64,000 bases of DNA from an uncultured virus (IMG/VR IMGVR_UViG_3300047673_000475) (IMGVR_UViG_3300047673_000475); one strand, 5' to 3'. Shown: positions 49,940 through 59,253, counted from the first letter of the stretch. Notes: generated by a model not told the origin, from the letters alone. A program made the numbers and translations.

Positions 49940-51705
49940 TGGACGTCTTGGGTAAATCAACCCTGATGATGCCGCTGGGGGCTACCCTTGGCGCATCCAT
50001 TGGGAATACCAGCGTCACGGGCACGGACGGGGGTGTCCCCGTCTATAACCCGGACAGCGGGTTTCGGATCTGGGCATTGTCCGAGGTCTATCGTGGCCAG
50101 GTGGGCACCAACATGTACGTGCCGAATGTGGGCGACTACGTGGTGGATAACTCACCGGGCTCCAATGCGTGGTATCGGGTCGCCGCTCTGGACCAGACTA
50201 CGCTCATTCCAACCCTCCTCTCAATCACCACCGCAGCGACGGGGGAATTCAGCGAGGACGATCTGCTCATGGGCGTCGGCCCTGGGACGCAGTCCGATAC
50301 CTATCGCTGCTACCTCGATCAGAGCGTGATGCCGTTCTCGATGGCGGTCGACGTGCGTCTGGTGGTGGGCGGTAGCCAGGCATCGTACGCGAAGATCTTC
50401 AAGGGCGCCATCCTCGGTGATGATGGTACGGTGATTTCGGCGTTTTACGATCAGTCGGGCAACCTGCTGGGCGAGAACGTGCCGCTCGAAGTCGTGCAAA
50501 CGTCGCAACAAGGCGTGGTCACCACCGCACTGAAGGTCATCAAGCAGTGCTACACCAAGGTCGCGCTGCTCGATGGCGAGATTGTCACCGTGGTGATCTA
50601 CGCGGCGGATGGCACGGTGCTCTCCAAGCGCCAGCTGCTGATTGAGAACACGGCGTTTATCCGCTCGACCGATGCGAGCGAGAAGTACATCACTGGTATC
50701 TCGATGACTTCGCCGTTTATGAGCTCGAGCGATCCGAACACGTTGGTCTACCCGATCAATGTGCCCAAGGATGGTCTGAACCTGATGGGACAGGTCCATT
50801 ACTCGGACGGGACTACGGGCTCGATGCCGGTCGACGGGACCAAGTTCCAGCTCTTCGGGCTGGACGCGTACGTGGCCACCATCGTCGGTCAGAAGTTCAA
50901 GCTGGTGCTCAAGTACAATCTGTCGCAAGACGAGCTGGTGTACGGCGCCACAGCCAATGTCGATGGGTCGGGCGGAGCCGCTTTCATCCAGGAAACGTAC
51001 AACGCTACCACCGAGAATGTCGACGGTGCGTACACGCTTAAGCTCTTCTGCGTGCCGCGCTTCATTGACTCGGTCAACGGCTGGTATCTGGATTGGTACC
51101 TCTTTAACCTCGATCGCAACCTTGCGCAACTGGTCACGCCGTATGTGACGTTCGCACCGAATAGCCCGGCCTTCTTGCCGCACGGCTACGGCGTGAATCA
51201 ACAGTTGCAGGTGCAGTTGAAGCTCTCGGATGTGAATCCGGCCTACAAGAACGTGCAGTTCACGCAGACCATCGGGCTCGTGCTCAATCGTGACGGTACG
51301 GATAAGACGGGCACCAACTGGACCATTGCGTACGATCCGGGTCAGACGCCTGCGTATGGCTTGAACACCCATGCGTCGACGACCTTCGTGAACCAGAACC
51401 TGATGCAGGTGTACATCAATCAGGGTCTCACGGACTTCGACACGTTCCTCGACCAGGTGTACTACCCGGCCAAGCCGCTCACCGATCCGAACGTCGAGAC
51501 GCAGGCACCGCAACCGAACATGTTCGCGTTGCTGCTGCCCAACCAGGCACCGGTGGAGTTCCCGATCAGTCAGTGGGCTTCTCAGCTGGCGATTGGTCAG
51601 GCCATTGCGGCAGGCAGCACGCTCGTGGTGAAGTTCTTCTTCCGCACGCCGGAGAACGACCTCGAGCTGGCACTCTGTCCGATGGCAGTCTGGCAAACCA
51701 ACTAA
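49939..51705 (+). CDS. Virion structural protein (phiKZ gp26-like)
   Basis: TAATG-coupled; YVPNVGDYV motif; synteny. Confidence 0.75.
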   Translation: MDVLGKSTLMMPLGATLGASIGNTSVTGTDGGVPVYNPDSGFRIWALSEVYRGQVGTNMYVPNVGDYVVDNSPGSNAWYRVAALDQTTLIPTLLSITTAATGEFSEDDLLMGVGPGTQSDTYRCYLDQSVMPFSMAVDVRLVVGGSQASYAKIFKGAILGDDGTVISAFYDQSGNLLGENVPLEVVQTSQQGVVTTALKVIKQCYTKVALLDGEIVTVVIYAADGTVLSKRQLLIENTAFIRSTDASEKYITGISMTSPFMSSSDPNTLVYPINVPKDGLNLMGQVHYSDGTTGSMPVDGTKFQLFGLDAYVATIVGQKFKLVLKYNLSQDELVYGATANVDGSGGAAFIQETYNATTENVDGAYTLKLFCVPRFIDSVNGWYLDWYLFNLDRNLAQLVTPYVTFAPNSPAFLPHGYGVNQQLQVQLKLSDVNPAYKNVQFTQTIGLVLNRDGTDKTGTNWTIAYDPGQTPAYGLNTHASTTFVNQNLMQVYINQGLTDFDTFLDQVYYPAKPLTDPNVETQAPQPNMFALLLPNQAPVEFPISQWASQLAIGQAIAAGSTLVVKFFFRTPENDLELALCPMAVWQTN

Positions 51706-51723
51706 CGCTTTGGCGTCCTCAGC

Positions 51724-51762
51724 GTCATAAGGCCCAGGGGGAAACCCCTGGGCTCTATGCTG
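51724..51762. terminator. Hairpin flanked by GTCATA/TATGCTG between convergent genes
   Basis: GCCCAGGGG-GAAA-CCCCTGGGC-TC-TATGCTG. Confidence 0.75.
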
Positions 51763-51778
51763 TCGTTCTACCAACGGC

Positions 51779-54046
51779 TTACCAACGAGCGCCTGAGGCT
51801 GTCGAATACACGCCGTAGTTAGCCGGTGCACCAAACATGTCCACATGCGTCATCGGTAACTCGCTCGTCACCAGCATCCCCGTATTGTGACCGAGGTACT
51901 GGTTCTGCTGGCTTTGCTGGTACAGGTTCGAGGTCCTCACCTTATTGCGCTTGGTTTCCCGAGCACTGCGGATGAGTTCGTCCACCGAATAGATCTCATC
52001 CTGTTCGAGGATGATCTTCTTATCCAGCATACGCAGCTCCTGCTCCAGACGCGCGGCCACAAAGTCATCGTGCTCACCGGTGAGTGCGTTGTAGATCTCC
52101 TCGATGCGACTGCGCACAGTCTGTTGCTCCATGCGCCGGAAGAAGTCCTCTTGCGACTCAGTCTGCTTGGTTTTGACTGCACACATAACCTGGCGGGGAT
52201 CGATGCCATAGTGTTGCAGGTTCTTGCCATGCATGAGGAACCAGTGACACAACAACCAGCCGATCACCAAGTCATCGTGTTCGCCATCTTCGTGGTCGAT
52301 GCGACCATTCTTGTACACGAGACCGAGGATCTGCCCGGCGAGCATCTTGTCATGCACCTTCATGCCGCTGCGCTGGGCCGCAGCTTGAAGCACCTGACCA
52401 TACAAGGCATTGCGACTGTTGGCCCCCGAACCGGAGGTGGCAAAGCCGAACGTGGTCTTGTAGCGCACGTAGATGTCAGTCGGACGACGACCGATTGGCA
52501 CCTTGATTTCCTTGAAGCGATCCGGATACTCGTCGTAATCCTGCACCACCTTGTTAAAGACGCGTTTAAACGGATCTTCGCCATAGTTGGGCAACATCAG
52601 GAGCAGGTAGTCCAGCAACATCGCCCCAGTGGAGCGCCGCTCGATGACTGCTGTGATGTTCGAATACCTGACAAGCGTATCGCACACCCACTTGGAGAAG
52701 GTAATCAGGTTGGTTTCGTTATACGAGCCCGCTGCGACCACCTCCAGGGTTTCCACATCCATCAAGACGAGGGAAATGTCATCGCCCCCGCCTGCTTCAG
52801 ACGTATCCATGCCAAGCACGAATTTGCCGGTCGCCATGCGCTCTTCAATCTCTTCCTGTGCAATGTACCAGCGCGTGATGTAGCCGTCCGGATCACTGAT
52901 GGAAGTGTAGAGCTCGTCCAGACGCGACGAAGCGATCATCTCAGCCGTGCTGGTGGAGAGCGGGGAGCTTTCCGTACCCGAGGTCCACAGGTTAAAGTAA
53001 TCTCGGTTCGCATCATCACCGGTCTGCAGCGATTCTTCAATCTTCTGCTTGAGCCACTCATCGCTCTTACCCAACTGACGGTGACTGAAGGTGCCATTGA
53101 TCCGGAACAGACCCGCGCGGCTATTACGACGGACCATGCGATCGAGTTCAGCCCAGTTCTGGCAGTCGAAGAACTTCTCAGTCCACGAAGCTGAGTCTTC
53201 CAGCAGCTTGTAGATGAAGCGACCATCGCGGTCGTCCTTCTTGCCTGCGGTCGTCGTCAGGATCGTCCCGTACGGCGCGCCCGCGGCCTTGGCCCGTTCC
53301 ACAGCGGCGCCGGTAGCAGCCAGAGCAGCAGGCAATGCAATCGCGATATTGGGCTGGAACGGCGGCTCGTCGATGTGGAAGATCGCGGTCGTGAGACCTC
53401 GACCCATGTTGTACGCACGCTTCGGGCTCGATTGCGGCACGTGCGTGTTGTACGAATTCTTCAAGGCCTTCACGGTGATTTCTTCACCGTTCTGCGCATC
53501 GTCCTTCGAGCGTTGGCTCAGGTACGGTGGCAGCTCGGACATGATTTCCTTGATCCGCTCGATATTCTTGCGGCGCAGGTTATCGTCCTTCGTCAACAGG
53601 TTGATGCTGGTACCCGTACAGACGACGTTCATCAGGTAGCTCATCAGCGTATCAGTCGAGAACGACTTGCCGGTCTGACGTGGCTGAATGAGCGTAAAGA
53701 AGATGTGGTTAAAGAAGGACCAGTAGAGCGCAATGTTCGCCCGGTTGGCTTCCAAGGGCACCGCATCGGAACCGGAGTTACCCGGAGCCCGTGCGATTTC
53801 CCGGAAGAAGTACCAGGGGTTGATCTTGCACTCGACAGCGATCATGTACATCTGCTCAGGAGTGAGGTCCTTGCTGAAGGGGTCCACCCCTTGCAGTTTC
53901 GGATTCACCAGCGCGAGCAGGAAGGCGTGGTTCTTGATACCCATCGAGCGATACACCGCTGCCAGACGAATCCAACTTTTGTTGGTGGTCTTGGTGTCGA
54001 TGATCGCGGTCGGATAACGATACCAGTCCTGTTCGAAGAGTATGAT
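51779..54046 (-). CDS. terL: Terminase large subunit (phiKZ gp25-like); proposed non-AUG (ATC) start at 54046
   Basis: QPRQTGKS Walker A, FHIDEP Walker B, LGMDTSE and HDDLV nuclease motifs; frame open upstream of GTG 53956 through ILFEQDWYRYPTAIIDTKTTNKSW. Confidence 0.93.
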   Translation of the reverse strand: MILFEQDWYRYPTAIIDTKTTNKSWIRLAAVYRSMGIKNHAFLLALVNPKLQGVDPFSKDLTPEQMYMIAVECKINPWYFFREIARAPGNSGSDAVPLEANRANIALYWSFFNHIFFTLIQPRQTGKSFSTDTLMSYLMNVVCTGTSINLLTKDDNLRRKNIERIKEIMSELPPYLSQRSKDDAQNGEEITVKALKNSYNTHVPQSSPKRAYNMGRGLTTAIFHIDEPPFQPNIAIALPAALAATGAAVERAKAAGAPYGTILTTTAGKKDDRDGRFIYKLLEDSASWTEKFFDCQNWAELDRMVRRNSRAGLFRINGTFSHRQLGKSDEWLKQKIEESLQTGDDANRDYFNLWTSGTESSPLSTSTAEMIASSRLDELYTSISDPDGYITRWYIAQEEIEERMATGKFVLGMDTSEAGGGDDISLVLMDVETLEVVAAGSYNETNLITFSKWVCDTLVRYSNITAVIERRSTGAMLLDYLLLMLPNYGEDPFKRVFNKVVQDYDEYPDRFKEIKVPIGRRPTDIYVRYKTTFGFATSGSGANSRNALYGQVLQAAAQRSGMKVHDKMLAGQILGLVYKNGRIDHEDGEHDDLVIGWLLCHWFLMHGKNLQHYGIDPRQVMCAVKTKQTESQEDFFRRMEQQTVRSRIEEIYNALTGEHDDFVAARLEQELRMLDKKIILEQDEIYSVDELIRSARETKRNKVRTSNLYQQSQQNQYLGHNTGMLVTSELPMTHVDMFGAPANYGVYSTASGARW

Positions 54047-54055
54047 AATGTCACC

Positions 54056-54874
54056 TCATTCGGTTAATGGAGAAAAGAGCCAACCCTTGTAGGGGGTAGC
54101 GGCTCCCTTTCGTGCCTTATGATTGCGATACCCGACGATGTCGAGCTTTAGCAATCGGCAAGCGTGTTTGACTGAACAAAAAAGTGTGCGTTCACCTGTT
54201 TCGATATTCTCTCCGACAATATCGCAGACCCTGCCTAGCGTGTACTCCTCGCTATCATCCGGAGCAAGGAATTCAGGCCATGGTTTTCCGTCATCGAACT
54301 TGTACACCCGGCCTAGGTGTTTGATTCGACCGGCTGCCACAGACCAGAGGTGGATGAACATGACCGACTGGGTCACACCGGCTTTTCGAGCACACTCGCT
54401 TACCGAGTAGTAGCTCTCCATTTCGCCAGTCTCTACGTCTTTGGACAAAACCTTGAGCTGGTTGCTAAACAACCCGTGCTCTCGGGCATGCTTCATGTTT
54501 TCTTCACCAGTGACCCACTCGAGGTTATCCCAAACGTTGTTCAGCTTGTCACCGTCGATATGGTTCACTTGCAATTCATCGAAGCTGATCTCTTTGTGTC
54601 GTTCAGGTTTATCCACGAACAGCAAAGCTACCAGCCGATGGACTAAGTAGTTTTTCCAAATCCCATCGTCACAGAGCGTGGTAATTACGTACCCTCTCCC
54701 GGCAATCCGCGTGAAGTGTTTCTCGCCTGTAATGAGATTGATGAGCTCGCCACGCTTGTTAATCACCACATGACTTTGACCAACTGGGACTTGGTAATAC
54801 CCTTTGTAGTAGGGATGCTCGCCCGTAAACGGGGGAACATAGCTGTCTACAACATTGTCTATTGTTTCGTTCAT
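54056..54874 (-). CDS. Free-standing HNH homing endonuclease with NUMOD1-like C-terminal DNA-binding repeats
   Basis: [45 protein letters not shown]; visibly AT-richer than neighbours. Confidence 0.92.
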   Translation of the reverse strand: MNETIDNVVDSYVPPFTGEHPYYKGYYQVPVGQSHVVINKRGELINLITGEKHFTRIAGRGYVITTLCDDGIWKNYLVHRLVALLFVDKPERHKEISFDELQVNHIDGDKLNNVWDNLEWVTGEENMKHAREHGLFSNQLKVLSKDVETGEMESYYSVSECARKAGVTQSVMFIHLWSVAAGRIKHLGRVYKFDDGKPWPEFLAPDDSEEYTLGRVCDIVGENIETGERTLFCSVKHACRLLKLDIVGYRNHKARKGAATPYKGWLFSPLTE

Positions 54875-54915
54875 TTACTTGCCCTGAGTCTTCTGTAAAT
54901 GTAATCATACTGATG

Positions 54916-54943
54916 CGGCATAGAGGGAGGCCGAAGCCTCCCC
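54916..54943 (-). terminator. Hairpin plus TATGCCG on the minus strand
   Basis: Minus strand reads GGGAGGC-TTCG-GCCTCCC-TC-TATGCCG. Confidence 0.75.
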
Positions 54944-54951
54944 CATACGCG

Positions 54952-55362
54952 CTAGATGAAGCTACTTTGCTTGAGCGCTCTTAATTTGTCCGTGATCAAA
55001 TCCACGTACGCATCAATGGCGTAGAGCTTTTGCACTTCGTCTTCTACATAACCGGGACACAGGGCAGGCAATGTAACCGCTAAGTCACATGCCCGACGAA
55101 TCAGTTCCGGTGCATCATTGGTCGTCGTTGAAAACAACTGGTAAGCCAGGTGTTTCTTCTTCGGCCATTGCCAGAGCGAGTAGCCCGTCTCGAACTGCAA
55201 GCGCTGACAGTAGATGGTGATGTCGTAACCCGAATGATGAATCACCCGAAGCGTATTACGGCGATTCGTCTGGATCACGATCTCTTGCTGGAACGACCTG
55301 TTACCCTTTACGTGCTCCAGCCACAGGAACCCTCGGGTAGCTAACCTCTTCAAAAGCGACAT
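54952..55362 (-). CDS. Hypothetical protein
   Basis: ORF fills the gap between neighbours; AGGT SD. Confidence 0.65.
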   Translation of the reverse strand: MSLLKRLATRGFLWLEHVKGNRSFQQEIVIQTNRRNTLRVIHHSGYDITIYCQRLQFETGYSLWQWPKKKHLAYQLFSTTTNDAPELIRRACDLAVTLPALCPGYVEDEVQKLYAIDAYVDLITDKLRALKQSSFI

Positions 55363-55389
55363 GGTAGAACCTGGTCGTGCGACCAAGCC

Positions 55390-56631
55390 TTATGCAGCGG
55401 CGCTCTGGGAGTAATACCGCATCGAATACGCGCGGGCGATCAAGTACAGCAGTATCCCGGTGCGCACAGCCGCAATCACACTGGAGTTCTTATTGTTAGT
55501 CGCGAGCTTCACGATCTTTTCTGCTTTCTCCCGCAGCGAGAACAGAGCAGGGTCCGTGGACCGCGAACTCATGTACACACCACGCAAGCGTGTGAGTAGG
55601 CTGGCCAAGTCCGTAGAATTCCTCACCAAGTTCCGATTCTCCGCGAGGTAGTCAAAACTGTGGATCAGGGTTTCGTTAAGCAGCTCTTCGATCATGCTCG
55701 CGCCGGACTGGCGGTAATTGTCCGACATCCATTCGAGCGATTCGCGGAAAAGACGGGGCGGCATCGTCTTCATCTGCTTCTCGATAACAGTGAGAAGCTC
55801 TTCGCGAATAAAGGAGTTCCGGTCGGTGATGATCGAGTTGATGTACCTGGTGTAAGCCAGGAGGTTTTTCGACTTGTCCTTCAAGATCTCGACCCCGTCG
55901 TGTTCGACTAGCGAACTCGTCGAGCTGATCTTGATACCCTGCCGATGCACTTGCAAGAAGACATCGTAAATGTTTTTCAACATGTCACGAATCCGGCCTT
56001 GCGTATCATTGAGCAAATAAATGACGGTGCTATCGGGGTCCATCAGTTCGATGGCTTTGCGGTGAAGACCGGTCGGGCTGATCACTTCTTCGGCGCGGGC
56101 ATTGAGCACTGCGGCCCAAGAGCCGTACTGTTTAATCGCATACTTAAACGTCAGGGCTGCATACGTGGCTTCTGCCGTCGCACGATCCGCCGGGTACTTA
56201 AAGTGCCGGTACAGACGGGATGTGAGGAACTTGTACTGCATCACCAGGACGACATCCAACATCGCCTGATGACGCTGAGCGTCGCTTAGCTTCTTGCTGT
56301 GGAGCAACGCATGCAAGAGCCAGGCACAGGAAAGATTGAGCGTGTCGGAGGACACCACCCAGTCACTGTTGACCGTGGGCAGCGCCACCAGCCGTGCTTC
56401 GAGTGTGCTTTCGTCCGCTTGGAGAATCTCGGTGAACCAGCGGTCTTTATCACTGTCAGTAAAGCGCACCACTTGCACACCGGTCAGGTTCCCGCCAAAG
56501 AACTCGATGTGGTCCTGGTTTTTATGGGCGAAACCGACTGTGTACAAATGGATGCGTTTGGCCAATTGCGCGTCCAGCGCGAGGTGGGCACACTCGCTCT
56601 CAAACACGCCCTTGATAGAAACGTCTACCAT
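55390..56631 (-). CDS. Conserved phiKZ-like protein
   Basis: 413 aa; KNQDHIEFFGGNLTGV, DTQGRIR, YMSSRS; GAGGA SD. Confidence 0.8.
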   Translation of the reverse strand: MVDVSIKGVFESECAHLALDAQLAKRIHLYTVGFAHKNQDHIEFFGGNLTGVQVVRFTDSDKDRWFTEILQADESTLEARLVALPTVNSDWVVSSDTLNLSCAWLLHALLHSKKLSDAQRHQAMLDVVLVMQYKFLTSRLYRHFKYPADRATAEATYAALTFKYAIKQYGSWAAVLNARAEEVISPTGLHRKAIELMDPDSTVIYLLNDTQGRIRDMLKNIYDVFLQVHRQGIKISSTSSLVEHDGVEILKDKSKNLLAYTRYINSIITDRNSFIREELLTVIEKQMKTMPPRLFRESLEWMSDNYRQSGASMIEELLNETLIHSFDYLAENRNLVRNSTDLASLLTRLRGVYMSSRSTDPALFSLREKAEKIVKLATNNKNSSVIAAVRTGILLYLIARAYSMRYYSQSAAA

Positions 56632-56677
56632 TTAGCATCCTCTCAGATAGGGCAACGATACACAGAATTAGGATCAA

Positions 56678-56706
56678 CGGCATAAAGGCGAGGCCGAAGC
56701 CCCGCC
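56678..56706 (-). terminator. Hairpin plus TATGCCG on the minus strand
   Basis: Minus strand reads GGCGGGGC-TTCG-GCCTCGCC-TT-TATGCCG. Confidence 0.75.
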
Positions 56707-56734
56707 GTTTACACCATCCGTTCCAGGGATGAGA

Positions 56735-57811
56735 TTACTTACGTGCGCGCACGCGTTGGCGAGGCGCCAACGTAACGAGACGAACACGGAAGCTTTCGAG
56801 GGCAGCGTCACCATTGGCCACGGGGACCGTCGGGTCTTCGCCGTTAGCCTGGTTCTGCGGGACTTCACCCTCCTTCTTGGGTGCGGGGACCTTGTCGTCA
56901 CCCGCGCCGATGGCAGCTTGCGCTTCAGGGCTCAAAGCACCCGGATCGTTCGGCAAGGCCGAGACCGGTTGCACGACCGGTTGACCCGTGTCGGTATTGC
57001 CTTCTTCCAGCGCAGGCGCCACCCCGCTGTCTTCACCAGCCGGAGCTTCGGCAGCGGCAGCGGCTTCTTCAGCGGCGATCTTCGCGATCTCGACCACACG
57101 CGAGGTGATCGACGGATCTTGCGGGCAGGGATTGGTTGCCGGGTCACCTGCGACGCCTTCACCACCTTGTTGGGCCGTCACATCACCGGCCGTACCCACA
57201 CCGTCCGCGCCGTCGTTGCCACCGTTACCGAGATCGGTTTCCGGATTCACCACGCCTTCGACGAATTCTTCGAACGAACGATAGAACTTGCCACCCAGCC
57301 GCTTGGTCAGGGCTTCCATCGCTTCGGACAGATATTCGACTTCTTCCTTGGGTGCGCCACCCAGACCGTTGACCGAGGGCAAAGTGCCGTCGACCACCAC
57401 CACGAATTCCTTCGGGCGGCTTTCGCTGTCTTCGTTCATCAGCGCATCGGCCACATCGACCACGTCAGCGTCGGTGATGTCAGCTTTCGCCACACCGTAC
57501 ACTTGCAGGTCAGCACCTTCGGCACCAGGGGCACCGATTTCGCCGTTGACTTCGCTCACCGGCTGGACCGACTGCTGTTGGTTGTTGCTGATGGATTCGA
57601 CGATCTTTTGCATGACCGTCACGTCTTGGGCTTGGCTTTCCGTGGCCACTACACCCTCACCTTGGCTCGGCTCTTTGGCGTAGGCCACATCCAGCGCCTT
57701 GGTGAAGATCTCGGACAACGGACCGCTCATCACGATGGTCGGCTCGTTAGGACGCGAGGTCATCTCGACCGTCTCGCCTTCCAGCGCCATTCGGAACATG
57801 CTCTTGCTCAT
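56735..57811 (-). CDS. Acidic head-associated protein with several AxE protease motifs
   Basis: AAGGA SD at MSKSMFRMALE; GPLSEIFTKALDVAYAK, VATESQ, PALEE, AALES. Confidence 0.75.
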   Translation of the reverse strand: MSKSMFRMALEGETVEMTSRPNEPTIVMSGPLSEIFTKALDVAYAKEPSQGEGVVATESQAQDVTVMQKIVESISNNQQQSVQPVSEVNGEIGAPGAEGADLQVYGVAKADITDADVVDVADALMNEDSESRPKEFVVVVDGTLPSVNGLGGAPKEEVEYLSEAMEALTKRLGGKFYRSFEEFVEGVVNPETDLGNGGNDGADGVGTAGDVTAQQGGEGVAGDPATNPCPQDPSITSRVVEIAKIAAEEAAAAAEAPAGEDSGVAPALEEGNTDTGQPVVQPVSALPNDPGALSPEAQAAIGAGDDKVPAPKKEGEVPQNQANGEDPTVPVANGDAALESFRVRLVTLAPRQRVRARK

Positions 57812-58400
57812 GGGTTCTTTCCTTAGGGAGTAGGAACGGAATTGGAGATTCACAGTATTGCTATCTACAGGATAAAAGATCCTGCTGCGTGCGGTGCATA
57901 ACAAGATAGGGGAACACGATAAAAACCCGCCCGCCGCGCCCCTAAGACGGGTTTGCAACGCTGGGCGGGTTTTCGACCATGCGGTGTCATTCATCAACAA
58001 TACAATCCAATACCTATCCAAAACTATCTCTGTCGCTGCGCTCGTGCTTTGCTTCCTCTCCCTAGCGCGCCAGCGCTCACTCTCTAGGTTGACAAACCCC
58101 GGTCTAAACTTTTTAAAAAGGGGAAGGGGGACCAAGCCCCTTCCCCGATAAGTTAATATCGGGTTTAGAAGCTAAGTACTTGATTTATAAGGATAAAGTA
58201 AAAAAATACTGTGTAGGAACTTAGATATGTGTCAAGGAGCAGAGGCGACGCGGAGCGAAGCGGAGGAAGAGAATTAAGCGTAGAGAGGGGCGGAGCCCCT
58301 CTCTTTATTATTCCCTAGAAAGGAATACTCCCTGGAGTCATACTCTGTAAGAATAGAATATTTAATTACAAGACCAGACTGAGCCGGGCACAGTAGCCTG
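57812..58400. other. Large structured non-coding region between divergent late and early genes
   Basis: Several hairpins and palindromes around an AT-rich core; no credible ORF. Confidence 0.6.
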
Positions 58401-58473
58401 GCTCTTATGCCGCTGAGTCGTGATCCTAGAAAGATTCAACCATATATTCTCCCGGCGAGCACAAGCAAGTAAA
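58381..58473 (+). promoter_or_regulatory. Hairpin-TATGCCG plus early promoter module, copy 1
   Basis: TATGCCG..GAGTCGTG..AAAGATTCAACCATATATTCTCCCGGC..AGCAAGTAA. Confidence 0.7.
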
Positions 58474-58511
58474 GACTTGCAGCTCGTTCCTGTCACTACA
58501 CGCCGAGACCT

Positions 58512-58742
58512 ATGCCTGAACGTTTTACAGCCATCCTGGCTAACTTTAAGAAGATCCATGAGGAAACTCAGGATCTCACGCGAGACCGTAGCTGTCGTCA
58601 ACCGCCTCACGGCATGCAGTGGCTGATACGAAATCGTAAACGGACTAACTGTGCGTCGTCGGATTGGTCGGCGATTCATGGTCATGGTGGTCCGTGCAAT
58701 TGCGGCTTGATGGATAGCCATCGTCGCTTGAAAACCCATTAA
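58512..58742 (+). CDS. Small hypothetical early protein
   Basis: First ORF after the promoter motif; His/Cys-rich C-terminus. Confidence 0.5.
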   Translation: MPERFTAILANFKKIHEETQDLTRDRSCRQPPHGMQWLIRNRKRTNCASSDWSAIHGHGGPCNCGLMDSHRRLKTH

Positions 58743-58760
58743 CCGTTCAAGGAGAACGAC

Positions 58761-59096
58761 ATGAGTGAAGAACGTTTCCAGTGTGCTGAAGACTTCTCCC
58801 GCGATCACCCCGCGGCCGTGAAGTATCTCGAGCGCCTCCCGTACGATCGGGACAAGGGTTCGACACTGGCCCAGTTCATGAAGACGCTCACGTGGGAGTT
58901 TCGCACGGAGCACACGATCGAAGCACAGGTGAATGCCAATGCGACGATCGTGCATGAGCTCTCACCGGGGCGACTGCACAGCTTTCCGATCTGGGGCGAG
59001 TTGCTCTGGAAGGACAGCAGTGGCAACCACCAGGAGCCCGAGCTCTTCGACTCGATGGAATGCTTCGCGGCATTCTGTTTGGCGAAGTGGTGGTAG
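58761..59096 (+). CDS. Hypothetical early protein
   Basis: AAGGAG SD. Confidence 0.8.
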   Translation: MSEERFQCAEDFSRDHPAAVKYLERLPYDRDKGSTLAQFMKTLTWEFRTEHTIEAQVNANATIVHELSPGRLHSFPIWGELLWKDSSGNHQEPELFDSMECFAAFCLAKWW

Positions 59097-59110
59097 TCGG
59101 GTAATATAGG

Positions 59111-59204
59111 GGCCTGGGGTAACCCAGGCCTTTATGCCGTAGAGTCGTGGATTGAAAAAGATTTCAACCATATATTCTCCGGCTGAGTTAGAGCAAGTAA
59201 CAAG
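59111..59204 (+). promoter_or_regulatory. Hairpin-TATGCCG plus early promoter module, copy 2
   Basis: TATGCCG..GAGTCGTG..AAAGATTTCAACCATATATTCTCCGGC..AGAGCAAGTAACAAG. Confidence 0.7.
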
Positions 59205-59253
59205 TTCTAACCACTTTCGTTGTTCAACCTCTTCTCAAGCAATTGGAGAAACC

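Noticed and set aside
54056..54910. Group I intron carrying the HNH within the terminase gene
   Set aside because: Only about 35 nt upstream and none downstream of the HNH ORF, so there is no room for a ribozyme core, and no in-frame U/G splice junction was found by eye.
57812..58135. 108-aa N-terminal extension of the 56735 ORF
   Set aside because: Runs through the hairpin-rich non-coding region; a good SD and ATG exist at 57811.
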